64,000 bases of DNA from Candidatus Spongiisociaceae bacterium (GTDB taxonomy: Bacteria; Actinomycetota; Acidimicrobiia; Spongiisociales; Spongiisociaceae): contig OZ241841.1 of NCBI GenBank assembly GCA_965202665.1, forward strand, positions 32,001-96,000, written 5' to 3'. The notes beneath the pieces were generated by a model. That model was not told where the DNA came from and searched no databases. It saw only the letters and a program-made list of their open reading frames with translations. The position numbers and the translations under genes are program-made. Numbering within the stretch: the stretch's first letter is position 1; each line of letters opens with the position of its first letter. Positions 60,977 to 64,000 of this stretch are shown piece after piece.

Positions 60977-62757
60977 CCACCCCCGTTGGGGGAGGCAGGG
61001 GAGGCGTCTAAGGCGCGGCGGGCGGCGGGAGTCAGATCCAAGCCCAGTTCCCGCAACCCGGCGTCGGGCACGATGGTGGGGGCGGTGGTGAGCGGGTCGG
61101 CCCCGGTCTGGGTTTTGGGGAAGGGGATCACCTCCCGGATGCTGGGTTCGTCGCGCAGGATGGCGACCAGCCGGTCGATGCCGATGGCGAAGCCGGCGTG
61201 GGGCGGGGTTCCGTAGCGCAACGCTTCCAGGAACCATCCGAAGCGGCTTTCCGCCTCCCGGGGGGAGATGCCCAGAATGTCGAACACCGCCCGTTGCGTG
61301 TCCGGGTCGTGGATCCTCACCGATCCCGACCCCAGCTCGGACCCGTTCAACACCAGGTCGTAGGCTTGGGAAACGGCCCGCAGGGGATGGTCGCGCATTT
61401 CCTCCACGGAAACCGGGGCGGTAAACGGGTGGTGGGAGGGTACCGGGACTCCCCCCTCCCCCGCCTCGAACATGGGGAAGTCGGTCACCCACAACAATGC
61501 CAGCCGGTGGTGGCCGTCCGGGCGCCCGAAGTCCAAGCGGAGCGTCCCCAGCACCTCCCCCGCTATGTCCGGGGAGTCGGCCGCCAAGGCCAAAACATCC
61601 CCCGGTTGCGCGTCCAAGGCGCGGGCTACGCCTGCGGTTTCGGCATCGGATAGGAACTTGGCCACCGGGGAGCGCAAACCCCCGTCCTCTTCCGCCACCG
61701 CCCACACCAGCCCGGCCGCTCCCAGTTCCCGGGCCCTGGCGATCAGACCGTCCAGCTGCGCCCGGGACATTTCCCGAGGGCCCAGGTTGATTCCCCGCAC
61801 CGCGCCGCCCCCGTCCAACGCGGCGGCGAAGCCCCGGAAGCCGGTGCCTTGGAATATGGGGGTGAGGTCGGCGATTTCCATCCCGAAGCGCAGGTCGGGC
61901 TTGTCGGAGCCGTAACGGTCCATAGCCTCCCGGTAGGTGAGGCGGGGCAGGGGCAGGGCGATCTCCTCCCCCCGGCAGCGGCGGATCACCTCCGCCATCA
62001 CCCGCTCCACGGCTTCGAACACCCCCTCCCGCCCCCAGAAGGAACCTTCCAGGTCCAGCTGGGTGAACTCCGCTTGCCGGTCGGCCCGGGTGTCCTCATC
62101 CCGGTAGCAACGGGCGATTTGGTAGTAGCGCTCCACTCCGGAGATCATCAGCAGCTGTTTGAACAGCTGCGGGCTTTGCGGGAGGGCGTAGAAGCGGCCC
62201 GGGCGGTGGCGGCTGGGCACTAGGAAGTCGCGGGCCCCCTCCGGGGTGGAGTTGATGAGGGTGGGGGTTTCCACGTCCATGAAACCCAGGCCGTCCAGCG
62301 TTTCCCGGATGGCCCGGATCGTCCCGGTGCGGGCCCGCAGGTTGGCGGCCATGCGGGGGCGGCGCAGGTCCAGGTAGCGGTGCCGCAAGCGGGCGGCTTC
62401 TTCGATTTCGGCCCGGTCTTCGATCATGAACGGCAACGGGTCGGCGGGACCCAGAACGGTCACTTCATCCGCCGCCACTTCCATCTCCCCGGTTTCCAAA
62501 TCCGGGTTTTCGCTTCCCTCCGGGCGGCGTTGCAGAATCCCGGACACGGACACGCAGTATTCCATTTTCAACCCGGCCGCGGCCGGGGCCCGCTCCGGGT
62601 CCACCAGGACCTGCGCCAGTCCGGAGCCGTCCCGCAGGTCGAAGAACAGGACCCCGCCCAGGTCCCGCACCCGCACCACCCATCCGGCCAGACGCACCCT
62701 CTCCCCCGCCAGCTCCGGGGTCATCTGCGCCGCGTGATGGGTGCGGTAGGGGTTCAC
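60973..62757 (-). CDS. aspS: Aspartate--tRNA ligase
   Basis: RDLGG..F.DLRD, EGARDFLVPSR, LPQSPQLFKQ, GSVRIH, PPHAG. Confidence 0.97.
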   Translation of the reverse strand: MNPYRTHHAAQMTPELAGERVRLAGWVVRVRDLGGVLFFDLRDGSGLAQVLVDPERAPAAAGLKMEYCVSVSGILQRRPEGSENPDLETGEMEVAADEVTVLGPADPLPFMIEDRAEIEEAARLRHRYLDLRRPRMAANLRARTGTIRAIRETLDGLGFMDVETPTLINSTPEGARDFLVPSRHRPGRFYALPQSPQLFKQLLMISGVERYYQIARCYRDEDTRADRQAEFTQLDLEGSFWGREGVFEAVERVMAEVIRRCRGEEIALPLPRLTYREAMDRYGSDKPDLRFGMEIADLTPIFQGTGFRGFAAALDGGGAVRGINLGPREMSRAQLDGLIARARELGAAGLVWAVAEEDGGLRSPVAKFLSDAETAGVARALDAQPGDVLALAADSPDIAGEVLGTLRLDFGRPDGHHRLALLWVTDFPMFEAGEGGVPVPSHHPFTAPVSVEEMRDHPLRAVSQAYDLVLNGSELGSGSVRIHDPDTQRAVFDILGISPREAESRFGWFLEALRYGTPPHAGFAIGIDRLVAILRDEPSIREVIPFPKTQTGADPLTTAPTIVPDAGLRELGLDLTPAARRALDASPASPNGGG

Positions 62758-63998
62758 GCCGTCACCCGCCCAGAGGCGCGGGCCCAGGCCGCCAGATCGC
62801 CGGCGGGCATGGTTCGTTCGTCCCCGGAACTCAGGTCTTTCACCTTCACCAGGCCCTCCTCCCATTCCGCTCCGATGATGGCCGCCACCGCCGCGTCCCG
62901 CCGGTCGGCGGCGCGGAACTGGGCTTTTACCGGCCGCTGCCCGGCGGTTAGGTCGCAACGCACCCCGGCCGCCCGCAGACGGCGGGCGTAGTCCTGGGCG
63001 AGGGCCCGCAAGCCGGGGTCGGCCACCACCAGGAACACGTCCAAAGCACGGGCGGGGGGGCGGTTCCCCAGGGCGGCCAGGATGCGGTCCAGTCCCAAAG
63101 CCAGACCCACTCCGGGCAGGCGGGGGCCGCCCAGCAGGGCGGAGAGACCGTCGTAGCGTCCGCCGCCGCCCACCGCCTTCTGGGCGGCCTGATAACCGGC
63201 CGGTTCGTATTCGAAGACGGTGCGGTTGTAATAGTCCAGTCCCCTAACCAGGCGAGGCTCCTCCCGGAAGGTTATGCCCCTTTCTTCCAAACCCGTTTTC
63301 AGGAGCCGGTAGTGGGCGGCGGTTTCCTCCCCCAGGTGATCCACCGGGGCGGGGGCGCCGGCCGTGGCTTCCCGGTCGGCTTTGGAGTCCAACACCCGCA
63401 GGGGGTTTTGCTCCAGGCGTTTTTGGGCGTCGGGGCTGAGGAGGGCGCGGCGCCGGCCGAGCCAGTCGGCCAGGAGGCGGTGGTAACGTTTCCGGTCGGA
63501 GGGGTCGCCGATGGAATTAATGAGGATTTCCACATCGGCCAGGCCGCATTCCAGCAGATACCGGTAGCCGAGTTCGATCACCTCCAGGTCGGCTTCCACA
63601 TCGTCCGCCCCCAGGTATTCCACCCCCAGTTGCCAGAACTGGCGGCGACGGCCCTCTTGGGGTCGTTCGTGGCGGAACATGGGACCGGAATAGGCCCCTT
63701 TGAACTCCCCGGTCCGTCCCGCCTGCAGGTAGGCCCGCACCACCCCGGCCGTGTTCTCGGGGCGGAGCGTCAAGCGGCGGCCTTTGCGGTCTTGGAAGGC
63801 GTACATCTGTTTTTCCACCACCTCGGTGTGCTCCCCCACCCCCCGGGCGAAAAGTTCGGCGCTTTCGAAGACGGGTGTGGCCACCAGCTCGTAGCCGTAA
63901 CGTTCGGTAAGCGTGTCCCATACCCGCAGCAGGCGCCGCCACATGCGGGAGTCGGGCGGCATTATGTCATCGGTGCCTTTCGGGGCGCGCAGGTTCAC
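62754..63998 (-). CDS. hisS: Histidine--tRNA ligase
   Basis: PKGTDD, LRPENTA, RHERPQ, LVRGLDYY, GGGRYD. Confidence 0.97.
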   Translation of the reverse strand: MNLRAPKGTDDIMPPDSRMWRRLLRVWDTLTERYGYELVATPVFESAELFARGVGEHTEVVEKQMYAFQDRKGRRLTLRPENTAGVVRAYLQAGRTGEFKGAYSGPMFRHERPQEGRRRQFWQLGVEYLGADDVEADLEVIELGYRYLLECGLADVEILINSIGDPSDRKRYHRLLADWLGRRRALLSPDAQKRLEQNPLRVLDSKADREATAGAPAPVDHLGEETAAHYRLLKTGLEERGITFREEPRLVRGLDYYNRTVFEYEPAGYQAAQKAVGGGGRYDGLSALLGGPRLPGVGLALGLDRILAALGNRPPARALDVFLVVADPGLRALAQDYARRLRAAGVRCDLTAGQRPVKAQFRAADRRDAAVAAIIGAEWEEGLVKVKDLSSGDERTMPAGDLAAWARASGRVTA

Positions 63999-64000
63999 GG

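Noticed and set aside
60973-62757. AspRS discriminating versus non-discriminating status (RDLGG but PEG)
   Set aside because: The determinants are mixed and cannot be resolved by eye; not distinctive enough to report.

Overview
High-GC actinobacterial chromosome segment, probably Acidimicrobiia-like (inferred from mihF, rpoZ-coaBC-metK-priA and alaS-ruvX-mltG-aro-efp-nusB-pyr synteny, plus an SLH protein). From about 10.9 kb to 64 kb it is almost entirely minus-strand housekeeping operons: hisS-aspS-rarA-alaS-ruvX-mltG-aroE-aroC-aroKB-efp-nusB, pyrR-B-C-carAB-pyrD-F, mihF-gmk-rpoZ-coaBC-metK-priA, def-fmt-rsmB-rpe-rib, infC-rpmI-rplT-pheST-argF, an ABC exporter and tyrS. Two accessory inserts interrupt this run: a single-chain Type IIG-like R-M gene and a repeat coiled-coil gene. 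The first 10.9 kb is a defence island. Its main novelty is a DarT-family ADP-ribosyltransferase translationally coupled not to a macrodomain (DarG) or NADAR antitoxin but to three tandem ADP-ribosylglycohydrolase (ARH) paralogs. Each ARH ends in a PcrA/UvrD-CTD-like Tudor domain, and a deleted second darT copy is still readable in front of arh2. This operon converges on a Type III R-M operon whose mod gene carries two poly-G tracts (G13, G14; probable phase variation) and an AT-rich target-recognition region, preceded by an orphan minimal nucleotidyltransferase. Further oddities: TyrRS with TLGW/KMSQS in place of HIGH/KMSKS, probable CTG starts for coaBC and priA, a PyrR element controlling a uORF, a deaminase-only RibD and a lone argF. 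All family calls come from recognising motifs by eye; no database searches were run.
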